The translations under genes were made by a program, and so were the position numbers. A model generated the notes under the pieces. The model saw nothing but the letters and a program-made list of their open reading frames with translations. It ran no database searches and was not told the origin of the DNA. A stretch of DNA of 58,068 nt from the IMG/VR virus record IMGVR_UViG_3300006947_000012, positions 1 to 58,068 of that record; one strand, 5' to 3'. Shown here piece after piece: positions 20,428 to 29,236 of the stretch (the first letter of the stretch is position 1; the number at the start of each line of letters is the position of its first letter). This stretch comes from a virus (Duplodnaviria > Caudoviricetes).

Positions 20428-21107
20428 TATCCTGCAGGAGGCGTTGTTATATCTTGTTTTCTATCTAAGACTTCATCAGTAATTGTAGATGATAATAATC
20501 CCATCTCACCTTGCATAATGCCAGATGTAATCATTTGTAACATATCCATAGGCATTGGAAAATCAGACTTTGAATTATAGCAATCTGTACCGTCACAATC
20601 AAATTTAGAGATTTCTTCTGGATCCTCAAACACACCTCTAACATTAACAAACCCTATGTCTTGATCGTTAACTAAATATAGATAATCTTCAATCATATAA
20701 GCTTTAGTACTATCTTTAGTATATTTATCATAAGGTAAATACTTAACCATATGAGGCTCTATCATTGGTATGCGAGTAGTACCGTCGACAGCTCCTACAT
20801 AGGTTATAGCATCTGTAAAATTAAATCTAATTGTTTTTGGTATTTTTTCTATACTACGAACTACTTTACAATCTAGAGGAAGGTTGCAGCACTGCGAAGC
20901 ATTAACAGGTTTAAGTTTAATACATCCTAGACTTTGTTCTAGATGTCTTGTTACTAGTCCGTTACGTGCAAAATCTCTTCTTACGAGCATTGCTCGATAA
21001 TACTTAACATTAAATTTTATCTGGGATATAGATATACTCTCATCGTTGTGAGATTTTCCTCCTCGTACCAGGTTTAAAATATTGTATGCAATTTCATCTA
21101 GAGTCAT
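20427..21107 (-). CDS. Tail ring protein, 226 aa
   Basis: MTLDEIAYNI start, CIKLKPV...CC, YMIEDYLY, VRGVFEDP, FPMP motifs like crAss-like ring proteins; TAATG coupling to the next gene. Confidence 0.7.
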   Translation of the reverse strand: MTLDEIAYNILNLVRGGKSHNDESISISQIKFNVKYYRAMLVRRDFARNGLVTRHLEQSLGCIKLKPVNASQCCNLPLDCKVVRSIEKIPKTIRFNFTDAITYVGAVDGTTRIPMIEPHMVKYLPYDKYTKDSTKAYMIEDYLYLVNDQDIGFVNVRGVFEDPEEISKFDCDGTDCYNSKSDFPMPMDMLQMITSGIMQGEMGLLSSTITDEVLDRKQDITTPPAG

Positions 21108-21112
21108 CTTCT

Positions 21113-22243
21113 TTATAAATTAGTTTGTAAATAGCCTTCATATCCTCGTAGTTTATTCCATATATGTGCTTGTCCAGTTCTTTTAGCTTCATACCCCATC
21201 ATTTTATGCCATGCATCATTACCGCAAATAGATGGTATAAATCTTACTTTTATTCCACGGTACTCATTAACCATCTCTTTATGTTTATGTCCACAATGAA
21301 CTTCTCTATTAGTTGTTCTTGAAAACATCATAGGCTCTTCAGTTGCCATTATAAGTGGCATTTCTGCAGGTTTTTCTTTGTCTCCGTGTGTAAACATAAT
21401 CATATTTGTTCCATATTCATAATACTTTCTAGAGTTATAGTTGTTGTCAACTGTTACTCCTTCATGTTTCAAAAAGAAAGCTCGTAAAAACTCTCCTGAA
21501 TAAAACATTCTTTCATAGTCATGATTCCCTTGTATAACAATCACATCTACAGGCGCTATATCAGACAGAAAATTTATTGCTCTTACCATTAAACTGCAAT
21601 ACCCTACAAATGTTTCTTGCCATTCTGCGCCATCATGTTGAGGAGTACCTTTAGTTGTAGCTCTAGAGTACCCTTCAGAATTCATACCATCATTTCCTAT
21701 TGGTAAAAGTATTCTATCTATATTTAATCCTGATGCTTTATTCATAAGATCTTTGATCGTATTCATATAAGCCTCTTCTGATTGCTCTAGTGTTTGTCCG
21801 TCTATCTTACCATAATGAATATCTGGCAATGAAACTTCGCACACTATAGGATCTTCTACAGCTTCATACTTCTTCTCAACTACAGGACTATATTCTTTAA
21901 GAGTTTTAAGCATTTCTTCTTTAGCCTCTTTCATTATATTATCCTCCCCTTTGGTAACTACAGAAAATCTGTTATCTCCTTTAATTGTCTGCCAAAACTT
22001 TACAGACTTAACATCATCTTCTGCTATACCGTTACTATCTAAGAACGCTTTAAACTCATTGATTTCAGATGTACTTATATTATCTATATCAAAGTCGTTA
22101 CCTTTTGCTTCTATTCTTGCTTCTTTTAAAGCATTTCTACATGCTTCAACACTACAGTCTAATCTTTCAGAAAGACGTTCAGCACCTTCTTTAAGGTAGC
22201 CAGGCCTGTCTTTCAAGAAGGCCTTGATCTGATCTTTAGTCAT
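21113..22243 (-). CDS. Calcineurin-like metallophosphoesterase, 376 aa
   Basis: Complete motif set: PDIHYG, IGND, GNHD, THGD, GHKH. Confidence 0.88.
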   Translation of the reverse strand: MTKDQIKAFLKDRPGYLKEGAERLSERLDCSVEACRNALKEARIEAKGNDFDIDNISTSEINEFKAFLDSNGIAEDDVKSVKFWQTIKGDNRFSVVTKGEDNIMKEAKEEMLKTLKEYSPVVEKKYEAVEDPIVCEVSLPDIHYGKIDGQTLEQSEEAYMNTIKDLMNKASGLNIDRILLPIGNDGMNSEGYSRATTKGTPQHDGAEWQETFVGYCSLMVRAINFLSDIAPVDVIVIQGNHDYERMFYSGEFLRAFFLKHEGVTVDNNYNSRKYYEYGTNMIMFTHGDKEKPAEMPLIMATEEPMMFSRTTNREVHCGHKHKEMVNEYRGIKVRFIPSICGNDAWHKMMGYEAKRTGQAHIWNKLRGYEGYLQTNL

Positions 22244-22261
22244 ATATCTAGTTATTGGTTA

Positions 22262-22654
22262 CTACTTTTTAACTTTCTCCAGCGATCTCCCACCAAAGTA
22301 AGCCCCTATTACAGTGATCAAAACTAATTGTAATAAGTCAACCCAGCTAGCTTTTACATCAAAAGCTATAACTCCTGCATCAATAAATACTAGTAGCATA
22401 GTCGATACTACTAGAAAGATTAATACTAAAGGTCGTATGTTTTTACTAAGCCATGAATCAGAAGCCATATCCATCTTCCAACGCTCAGTTACTTGTTTTT
22501 GCATTTCTGCTTCATAACCCATTACTAGGTCTTTAATTTTTGCCTCAGCTGCTAGCTTCTCTTCTTTAGACGTATGTAAGTTATCTATAACTCCACCCAC
22601 GCTTTCTACAAGCTTAGCTGCTCCACCTGATAATAATTTTGTTAGTATACTCAT
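22262..22654 (-). CDS. Holin (3TM, GTA-type holin family), 130 aa
   Basis: RWKMDMASDSWLSKNIRP and GAYFGGRSLEK signatures, hydrophobic helices, close to endolysin. Confidence 0.85.
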   Translation of the reverse strand: MSILTKLLSGGAAKLVESVGGVIDNLHTSKEEKLAAEAKIKDLVMGYEAEMQKQVTERWKMDMASDSWLSKNIRPLVLIFLVVSTMLLVFIDAGVIAFDVKASWVDLLQLVLITVIGAYFGGRSLEKVKK

Positions 22655-22666
22655 AATTTTTTGTTT

Positions 22667-23224
22667 TTAATATCCGCCACTATTACTACTACTACTATTA
22701 CTCCTACTGCCACCAGCACTACTGCTACTACTAACAGTACTGTTAGAGCTACTACTAGTACTTGTAATATTTATACTACTGCTAGTACTTCCTACTACAT
22801 TTAATATTAAATCTGCTGTACTAGCAGTATCGTCCAAAGATATATAAAGATCGTATATCCCATGGTCATATAACAAAATATTATCTTCTAATAATAAGTT
22901 AACTCCATTCACAACTGATTTATTCTTTAATATATAGTAGGTAGTCTTAAATTCTTCTTCTGTCTCCGCTATAACGGGGTGTACATACAAAGAAGGGGTA
23001 GACTTACCGGTAGCGTCAGTGGTATAAACAGTAGGGCCATCTCTGTAAGTACTACTTAGATTTGCTTTTTCTACCCACCCACTATAATTTATATACAGAT
23101 TAACTTTTATATCTCCTGAGTCTTTAGTATTACAAACTTTAATGCAATGTATATCTAAATTACTGCCTTTTTTAATTAGCTTTACAGGAGTTGTCCCACT
23201 TATATTTTTATATATATATCCCAT
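22667..23224 (-). CDS. Hypothetical protein with Ser-rich C-terminal tail, 185 aa
   Basis: ORF fills the gap between endolysin and holin; beta-rich core; low-complexity Ser/Gly end. Confidence 0.6.
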   Translation of the reverse strand: MGYIYKNISGTTPVKLIKKGSNLDIHCIKVCNTKDSGDIKVNLYINYSGWVEKANLSSTYRDGPTVYTTDATGKSTPSLYVHPVIAETEEEFKTTYYILKNKSVVNGVNLLLEDNILLYDHGIYDLYISLDDTASTADLILNVVGSTSSSINITSTSSSSNSTVSSSSSAGGSRSNSSSSNSGGY

Positions 23225-23230
23225 TATAAA

Positions 23231-23686
23231 TTAAATAACCATGTATTTAGTTTTACCTTTTTCTTTATATGCTTTTAAACATCTGTTTCTATTGTCAATC
23301 TCATTGACATAACTAATGTGTACCCAGTTAGGATTTTTATCATCACCAAACTCCCAGATCATCTGATCAAAGTTTAAGTTCTCTTTAATCCACTCGTACA
23401 TTTCCGCATTAGTCTTCTTACAACCTCCATCATCTATGTCCATAGCTTGACCTTTACAGTGTTGAGATGATGTTGATCCACCAATAGCTTTGTTCAAAGC
23501 TGGGCCTCTATAAAAACTATTAATTCTAATAGGTCCTCCAACCCACTCTCTTAAAGGTTCAAATATCTGCTCTGCAACTTCCTTCATGTTAGATAGCTCG
23601 AATTGACTTGGCTTATTCTCTAAACCTCTTCTTGTTGCTGTTGTGCTAAATGTTCCTTCTTTATCGCTTATGTGTTTGCTAATCAT
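23231..23686 (-). CDS. Endolysin, peptidase M15 family (Zn peptidase), 151 aa
   Basis: INSFYR, SSQHCKGQAMDID (HxxxxxxD) and WVHISY motifs. Confidence 0.9.
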   Translation of the reverse strand: MISKHISDKEGTFSTTATRRGLENKPSQFELSNMKEVAEQIFEPLREWVGGPIRINSFYRGPALNKAIGGSTSSQHCKGQAMDIDDGGCKKTNAEMYEWIKENLNFDQMIWEFGDDKNPNWVHISYVNEIDNRNRCLKAYKEKGKTKYMVI

Positions 23687-25892
23687 TGTTTATTCTTTTT
23701 TCAATTGTACCGTCATTGTAGATATAAAACAAAATTTGATTTTTATTTTCTTTTGTTTGTCTGCCTAATAAATCTGTAATCATTATTAGCTCTTTTTTAA
23801 CTTGTGCTCTTCTTAATAGTGGGCCAGCATAAGTGCCTTCACAGTGATTATATGTCAGCTGACAAATTGTATCCCAAGAATTGTTACAACAATAATCATC
23901 CACTGATATTACCCAAGAGTAGCAAGGATCATTCATCCAATAAGGATTTCCTGGGCCAGTCACACAACCAGCATCATACTTACAATTATTATCACTAACG
24001 TTAGCAATACTCGAGTAGTTATAGGCGTTTGGGTCCAAACAGCCTTCAACAATTGATATACAAGAGTTATTTTCTGTATTAGCAAGTGAGTCATAGTTAA
24101 GAGCTGACGTATCCATACATCCATATGCAAACTCAATGCAACTAAAATCTTCTGTATTAGACAGGGGATCATAGTTAAGCATAGAAGGATCCGTGCAACC
24201 AAATATAAAAGGAGTACAGCTGCTATTGTTAACATTTGCTAAAGGGTTATAATTATACATTGTGCTATCAGTACAGCCATATATAGGTAGTACGCAGGTA
24301 AAGTCGTCTGTATTGCAGCTATCACAATAATTTAAAGCTATTGGGTCAGTACATCCATAAGCAAATGCTATACAAGAGTTATTATCTGTGTTTGCTAGTT
24401 GTACATAGTTAAACATTGTAGAGTCTGTACATCCAAATATAAAAGGAATACAAGTTCCATTGTTAGTGTTAGCGGTAGGATCGTAGTTAAACTGAGTTGG
24501 GTTTATGCATCCATATATAACAGCAATACAACTAGAGTCATCTGCGTTAGCTGCAGGGTCCCAATTAAATGCCAGAGTATCTGTACATCCATAATTAACC
24601 CCAATACAACTACCGTCGTCTATGTTGGCCAGTGAATCGTAATTTATAGCTATTGAACTCATACAGCCATAAACAACAGCAATACACTCAGCGCTAGTGT
24701 TTGCCTGAGGATTGTAGTTAAAAGCCAAAGGCTGCATACATCCTAAGATCACAGGAATACATCCACCATTATCTATATTAGCAAGTGAATTATAATTAAA
24801 TGCCGTAACGTCATCACAACCCCAAACAGCAGGCGTTAAGCAGCTTCCATCACTTGTGTCAGCCGTAAAGCCTTGCGTGTAGTATTCTAAGTAAGCAGGG
24901 CTAGTACAGCCAAGAACGTAAAAGCATTGAGTGTTTGTGTTAGCTGTGTCTACATAGTTAAGAGCTAGTGGATCCATACAACCAAAGACTCTATCAATGC
25001 AATAGTTACCGCAATAAGTTGATACAGTACGTTTAAACAATGGTTGTATAAAAGGCGCTGCAACCTCTATCATATTCATGCCTAATGGGTTTGTCAGTTT
25101 AAATCCACAATGAGCAGCTGACTGCTGTCCTTGTGAAGATATTGAAAACTTAAACGATACTTCTTGCGGTGATCTTAAGTTTATACTGTACTCTTGCGCG
25201 TAAGCAACTGTATCTAATGTAAAATTCCAAACACTGTCACCTTGAGTTACCTCTAGGTTTGATGTCGGCGCCCAACCATCTCCAATTAAATCTGTTAATG
25301 TTAATATGAATTCACAAGAAGGTACTAAAGACATAGTGTTAGCTAGAGAATCATAATTATACATTGTAGAATCAATACAACCAAGCACTATTAAAGTACT
25401 ACACGACCCATCGCTTGTATCAGCCCTAGGATTAAACTCTACGTAAGAAGAGTCCATACATCCAAATACAGGCGGGCAAGGAGCAGATAAAATAACATGA
25501 GATGTATCATTACCAAAAGCAGCGTCTGTCCCAGTAACTATAGTGTCATAACATTGCACTACATAGTAAGAACCATCTAGCCCACCCCAAAGAGCCCCAT
25601 TTAAACCATCTCCGTACGAATCATATATTGTGAATACTAAAGGGCCAGGAGGTAAACATCTTTGTTCTTCAACAACTCCATAGTCAGGTTCTGAACCATA
25701 GTTTTGCCCGTAAGTTATTAAAGTACCACTAGTGTCAGTTACAGTCCAGTACGTTTCACTTTGATATTGATCAAGATTTATAATTATTGTTGTTTGAACA
25801 CAAGTCTGTGCAGAAGTTACTATAGGTAATAAAGCTAATAATAATAACCAAACTAGTAAAGTTATCTTTTTCATTTTTTGTATTTTTTTCAT
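23679..25892 (-). CDS. Secreted Cys-rich protein with 15 GC(T/M)D-type repeats and a T9SS-like C-terminal tail
   Basis: Signal peptide MKKITLLVWLLLLALLPIVTSA|Q (start 25892 or 25874); DSYGDG/DLIGDGW domains; ~26-aa repeats GCxDxxxxNYxxxANxxxxSC; ends ITDLLGR...FYIYNDGTIEKRI. Confidence 0.8.
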   Translation of the reverse strand: MKKIQKMKKITLLVWLLLLALLPIVTSAQTCVQTTIIINLDQYQSETYWTVTDTSGTLITYGQNYGSEPDYGVVEEQRCLPPGPLVFTIYDSYGDGLNGALWGGLDGSYYVVQCYDTIVTGTDAAFGNDTSHVILSAPCPPVFGCMDSSYVEFNPRADTSDGSCSTLIVLGCIDSTMYNYDSLANTMSLVPSCEFILTLTDLIGDGWAPTSNLEVTQGDSVWNFTLDTVAYAQEYSINLRSPQEVSFKFSISSQGQQSAAHCGFKLTNPLGMNMIEVAAPFIQPLFKRTVSTYCGNYCIDRVFGCMDPLALNYVDTANTNTQCFYVLGCTSPAYLEYYTQGFTADTSDGSCLTPAVWGCDDVTAFNYNSLANIDNGGCIPVILGCMQPLAFNYNPQANTSAECIAVVYGCMSSIAINYDSLANIDDGSCIGVNYGCTDTLAFNWDPAANADDSSCIAVIYGCINPTQFNYDPTANTNNGTCIPFIFGCTDSTMFNYVQLANTDNNSCIAFAYGCTDPIALNYCDSCNTDDFTCVLPIYGCTDSTMYNYNPLANVNNSSCTPFIFGCTDPSMLNYDPLSNTEDFSCIEFAYGCMDTSALNYDSLANTENNSCISIVEGCLDPNAYNYSSIANVSDNNCKYDAGCVTGPGNPYWMNDPCYSWVISVDDYCCNNSWDTICQLTYNHCEGTYAGPLLRRAQVKKELIMITDLLGRQTKENKNQILFYIYNDGTIEKRINND

Positions 25893-25893
25893 T

Positions 25894-26256
25894 TTAAAAA
25901 TCACTCATTAATAGGTTATCTATTTCTTGTTGCACTTCCTCTTTCTTTGCCATCATCTTAAAGCTAAGGTCAGCTTGAAACCTAGCAACCTCTTCTCCAT
26001 CTTTAAATATTATTATAGTTGGTATAGCAGCTATTTTATGTTTTACTTGCATTTTAGGAATAGCTGCAATATCTACATATGATATTGTTTGACAATCATC
26101 AAGGTCCATCACCCACCCAACAGCATTATCATTATTCCAACTAGCATTAAACTGTGCTACAGATATTTGACCAGAAGCTTTACCACATATACAAACTAAA
26201 AAAAGCACTAATAAATAGATGCCTAGTATTTTCCAAGAAACATCTATATTCTTCAT
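25894..26256 (-). CDS. Exported thioredoxin-fold protein lacking CxxC, 120 aa
   Basis: Hydrophobic N-terminus ending ASG|Q; FNASWN where FxAxWCxxC is expected; VDI, IPTIIIFKDGEEVARF typical of thioredoxin C-terminal half. Confidence 0.75.
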   Translation of the reverse strand: MKNIDVSWKILGIYLLVLFLVCICGKASGQISVAQFNASWNNDNAVGWVMDLDDCQTISYVDIAAIPKMQVKHKIAAIPTIIIFKDGEEVARFQADLSFKMMAKKEEVQQEIDNLLMSDF

Positions 26257-26537
26257 TATCTGTTATATAATTTATCCTCTATTCTTTCTAGCGTTTTCTT
26301 CATTTCATCTACGTCAGCTTTTGTATCCATAATAGTTTGCCTAATCATCTTATCCTTCATATCAAACTCCATACGAGTAACTTCTGGGTCTGGTGCAATC
26401 GGTAACTCCATAGCTTTTGCTATATCAGCCTGCAACATAAACCACATACTAACCAAAGTAAATATTAAAGCCGCTATTCCTCCTAATGTTTTTATACTTA
26501 GTTTTAACGTTGTGTCTTCGTTTAGTTCTTTTGCCAT
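26256..26537 (-). CDS. Single-pass membrane protein with C-terminal coiled coil, 93 aa
   Basis: TLGGIAALIFTLVSMWFML hydrophobic stretch; heptad-like charged C-terminus. Confidence 0.7.
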   Translation of the reverse strand: MAKELNEDTTLKLSIKTLGGIAALIFTLVSMWFMLQADIAKAMELPIAPDPEVTRMEFDMKDKMIRQTIMDTKADVDEMKKTLERIEDKLYNR

Positions 26538-26538
26538 G

Positions 26539-27609
26539 TTAAAATATTACGTAATTTACTCCAAATTTAAAATCATACCAGGTTCTATTCCAATATTTAT
26601 TATACTTTCCTTCTACAAAATATCCTAAATTTTTACTTTGTTTTATTCCATATATTAAACCAGCAGAATAATCATACCATTGATCATCCTCTATATAGTT
26701 ATGATATGAGAACTCACTACCATCATTATAATGCCAAGGCATTAAATTACCCCATGCGTGTAACCAAGTGTGTTTAGAATATTTATAATAGTCAAACCCA
26801 ATAACAATTGAATGCTGTATCTGATCCTTTAAAGCACTCCTTTTCTTTTCAGAGTAATCAGATAATACTTGTGGAATAACTACTTCCTCCCATACTTGTG
26901 CGTTAGTAGCAACTATATCACCATCCGGGTCTTTATATTCATTTGCGTATACATCTACTGTATACCCTTCCATTATAGCTAAATACGTATAATGAAGACT
27001 TCCATTATCAAGTATCCAATCTTCTAATGGATTGTAGCCATAAGGTTCTGATAACCTGTGCGCAGCCCCCACACTAAAAGCTAAGTTTTTATCTTTCTTA
27101 ACTCTCCATCTTTCTGATAACTCAAAATATTCTATATCAGCAAAACCGTCTTTTAGATATTCTACTTTTGCAGCAAATTCATTCATACACAAATCACCTA
27201 CACAATCATCGTCAGAACTATACCTAATAAAGTGATGTTGATTTATATAATCTACTCCTTGTTGCCTAGAATAATCTACTTCAAATAAATATTCAAACCC
27301 TTGAACTTTACCTACTGTAGCATTATCTGACCAAGACTCTTCTGTTCCATTATAAAAAGTATTAGCTTTATTTTCATATCCAAATCTAGCTATTTTTCTA
27401 ATACCAAAAGTAACAGAATAATCATAAGGAGTTACTATATTTTCTTGCTCTAATTCTCCCGAAGACACAGAAAAAGTTTTAACGTCTGACAACGAAGTCC
27501 CACCATTTACAGCCCCATATATTGTAGAAAACTTTAATTGTTTAGCTAACGTTTGGGCATTACTTATAGTTGAAAAACTTAAGAGTAATATAATAATGAA
27601 ATTTTTCAT
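26539..27609 (-). CDS. Putative outer-membrane beta-barrel protein, 356 aa
   Basis: Signal peptide MKNFIIILLLSFSTISNA|Q; aromatic-rich alternating strands; terminal FKFGVNYVIF fits the BAM beta-signal (final Phe). Confidence 0.7.
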   Translation of the reverse strand: MKNFIIILLLSFSTISNAQTLAKQLKFSTIYGAVNGGTSLSDVKTFSVSSGELEQENIVTPYDYSVTFGIRKIARFGYENKANTFYNGTEESWSDNATVGKVQGFEYLFEVDYSRQQGVDYINQHHFIRYSSDDDCVGDLCMNEFAAKVEYLKDGFADIEYFELSERWRVKKDKNLAFSVGAAHRLSEPYGYNPLEDWILDNGSLHYTYLAIMEGYTVDVYANEYKDPDGDIVATNAQVWEEVVIPQVLSDYSEKKRSALKDQIQHSIVIGFDYYKYSKHTWLHAWGNLMPWHYNDGSEFSYHNYIEDDQWYDYSAGLIYGIKQSKNLGYFVEGKYNKYWNRTWYDFKFGVNYVIF

Positions 27610-29216
27610 TACGATTCTAGTATTAAGTATTCTACGTCACATTGTGTAGTATCACAATCTACATAAAATACTGGTGTACCCGCTGAAGGCATATATAAAT
27701 GTTCTCCTGGCCCTAGCTTAGCTATTAAATGGTATGTATCAACTCCTCCAGAAAACGTTGTACCTGTAATTTGACTTACCTCTATAAATGTACCCGTAAT
27801 AGCTGTATTACCTGCAGTACCACCGTCTTTTTTTGTTTGTTTAATCTTACCTATTTTTTCGTCAGCGTCAATTTCTAATACAAAAGGCCTCTTTTCTCTT
27901 TTAGCTTTATTATCTAATTTCTCTAAAGTCCTAGATATATTTTCTAATGTCTCTTCCATTGTAGTTGCAATAACAAAATCTGCAGTTTTGTCTCCTGTTC
28001 TTGCTTGTGCGGTAGCTGCCCCAGGAACTACACTAGTTAGAGTATAAACTTCTCCATTTGCAGAAGTTAGTATAATAGTTTTACCTGCATCTCCATCTAT
28101 ATTTGGGGAGCTTGTTAAATTATCAGCGCTAGATTTAATCTCCCCTTTTACAATCTCCGAAGTTTCTCTCGTATAAAAATTTACAGTACCTACTGAAGAC
28201 ATATTAGTAGCATAGAAATATGCTTTATTATCAAGACTATCTACTCTAGCAGCCTGTAAAGGTTGAGGAACTCCCGCCCCAGAAAATACAGTAGTACTTG
28301 CTTCTCCTGTTCTAATAGCAGAACCTTGTATAGCAATACTAGCATCATCTGTATAAGGCCCTGTCATAGTTAAAGTCATTACAGCAGCTGCCGGTGTAGC
28401 TCCCGGGCTAATTCTTATTTTACCTTCTGCGTGCGCTAAAGCTATAGAGTTATAAAGAGAAATTACGTGCGCATTAACTGAATCTACATTACCCGCTATA
28501 CCAGCAAACGAGGATGTATAACCTATACCACCTTTTGTAAAAGATGCCGTTACACTCCCTACCGCAGTAGAGTCTTTAAACGTTCCTGCTATAGTTGTGT
28601 TACCTCCTACACCTATAATAGTCTGAGTAAAGTTAATAATTGCAACATTACTATTGCTTTTACCGGCTGATATAGATATGTCTCCTGATTCATTAATAGT
28701 ATTGACAGCATCAGCGATCTTGTTTCTAACAGCTGTAATAGTAGTTAAACCACTTAAACCTACACTATACGCTATAGCTGTTGCGCTCGTAGAAGTTTTT
28801 GCAACAAGAGTGTTTGAAGCATTGAATGTTATAGTTAATGTTCTAGCTGCTGTAGTATGATTATCAATTAGTATTAATGTCTTATTAGTCCAATTAGTTC
28901 CTGACACTGCTGCCGTTATAGTTACTGTTCCAGTACTACCAAATCCACCTGATCTATTAGAGTAAGTTGTGCTGAATTCAATTTCATGTCTGTTGTTAAA
29001 GGAGTCTATTAAAAGGACTTTATCACCGTTTATATTAGCTGCTGCTGCGTCTAACTGTGTGTATGTAGCAGAAGCTCTTACTCCTAAATTAACTTTATCA
29101 GTACCATAGGTTCTATCGTCTCCAGTAGTAGAAACAGAATTTTGGGTATTAATATTTAATCTTTTACTAAAAAAGTCGCTACTTGTGAGTATTGTTTTAG
29201 TTGTTAGTATTGCCAT
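27609..29216 (-). CDS. Putative virion structural protein with inserted repeat modules, 535 aa
   Basis: Thr/Ala/Gly-rich; three related modules ending GNT(T/A)IxGTF...F(T/S)xGG; in the tail-fibre region. Confidence 0.55.
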   Translation of the reverse strand: MAILTTKTILTSSDFFSKRLNINTQNSVSTTGDDRTYGTDKVNLGVRASATYTQLDAAAANINGDKVLLIDSFNNRHEIEFSTTYSNRSGGFGSTGTVTITAAVSGTNWTNKTLILIDNHTTAARTLTITFNASNTLVAKTSTSATAIAYSVGLSGLTTITAVRNKIADAVNTINESGDISISAGKSNSNVAIINFTQTIIGVGGNTTIAGTFKDSTAVGSVTASFTKGGIGYTSSFAGIAGNVDSVNAHVISLYNSIALAHAEGKIRISPGATPAAAVMTLTMTGPYTDDASIAIQGSAIRTGEASTTVFSGAGVPQPLQAARVDSLDNKAYFYATNMSSVGTVNFYTRETSEIVKGEIKSSADNLTSSPNIDGDAGKTIILTSANGEVYTLTSVVPGAATAQARTGDKTADFVIATTMEETLENISRTLEKLDNKAKREKRPFVLEIDADEKIGKIKQTKKDGGTAGNTAITGTFIEVSQITGTTFSGGVDTYHLIAKLGPGEHLYMPSAGTPVFYVDCDTTQCDVEYLILES

Positions 29217-29236
29217 TTTTTATGTTTTATATATTA

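Noticed and set aside
22670-22800. ACT/CTA-rich repeat as a regulatory element
   Set aside because: Explained by AGT/AGC Ser codons of the low-complexity protein tail.
23990-25470. Regularly spaced ~78-bp repeats resembling a CRISPR array
   Set aside because: Degenerate at DNA level and in frame; they encode the GCxD protein repeats; no cas genes.
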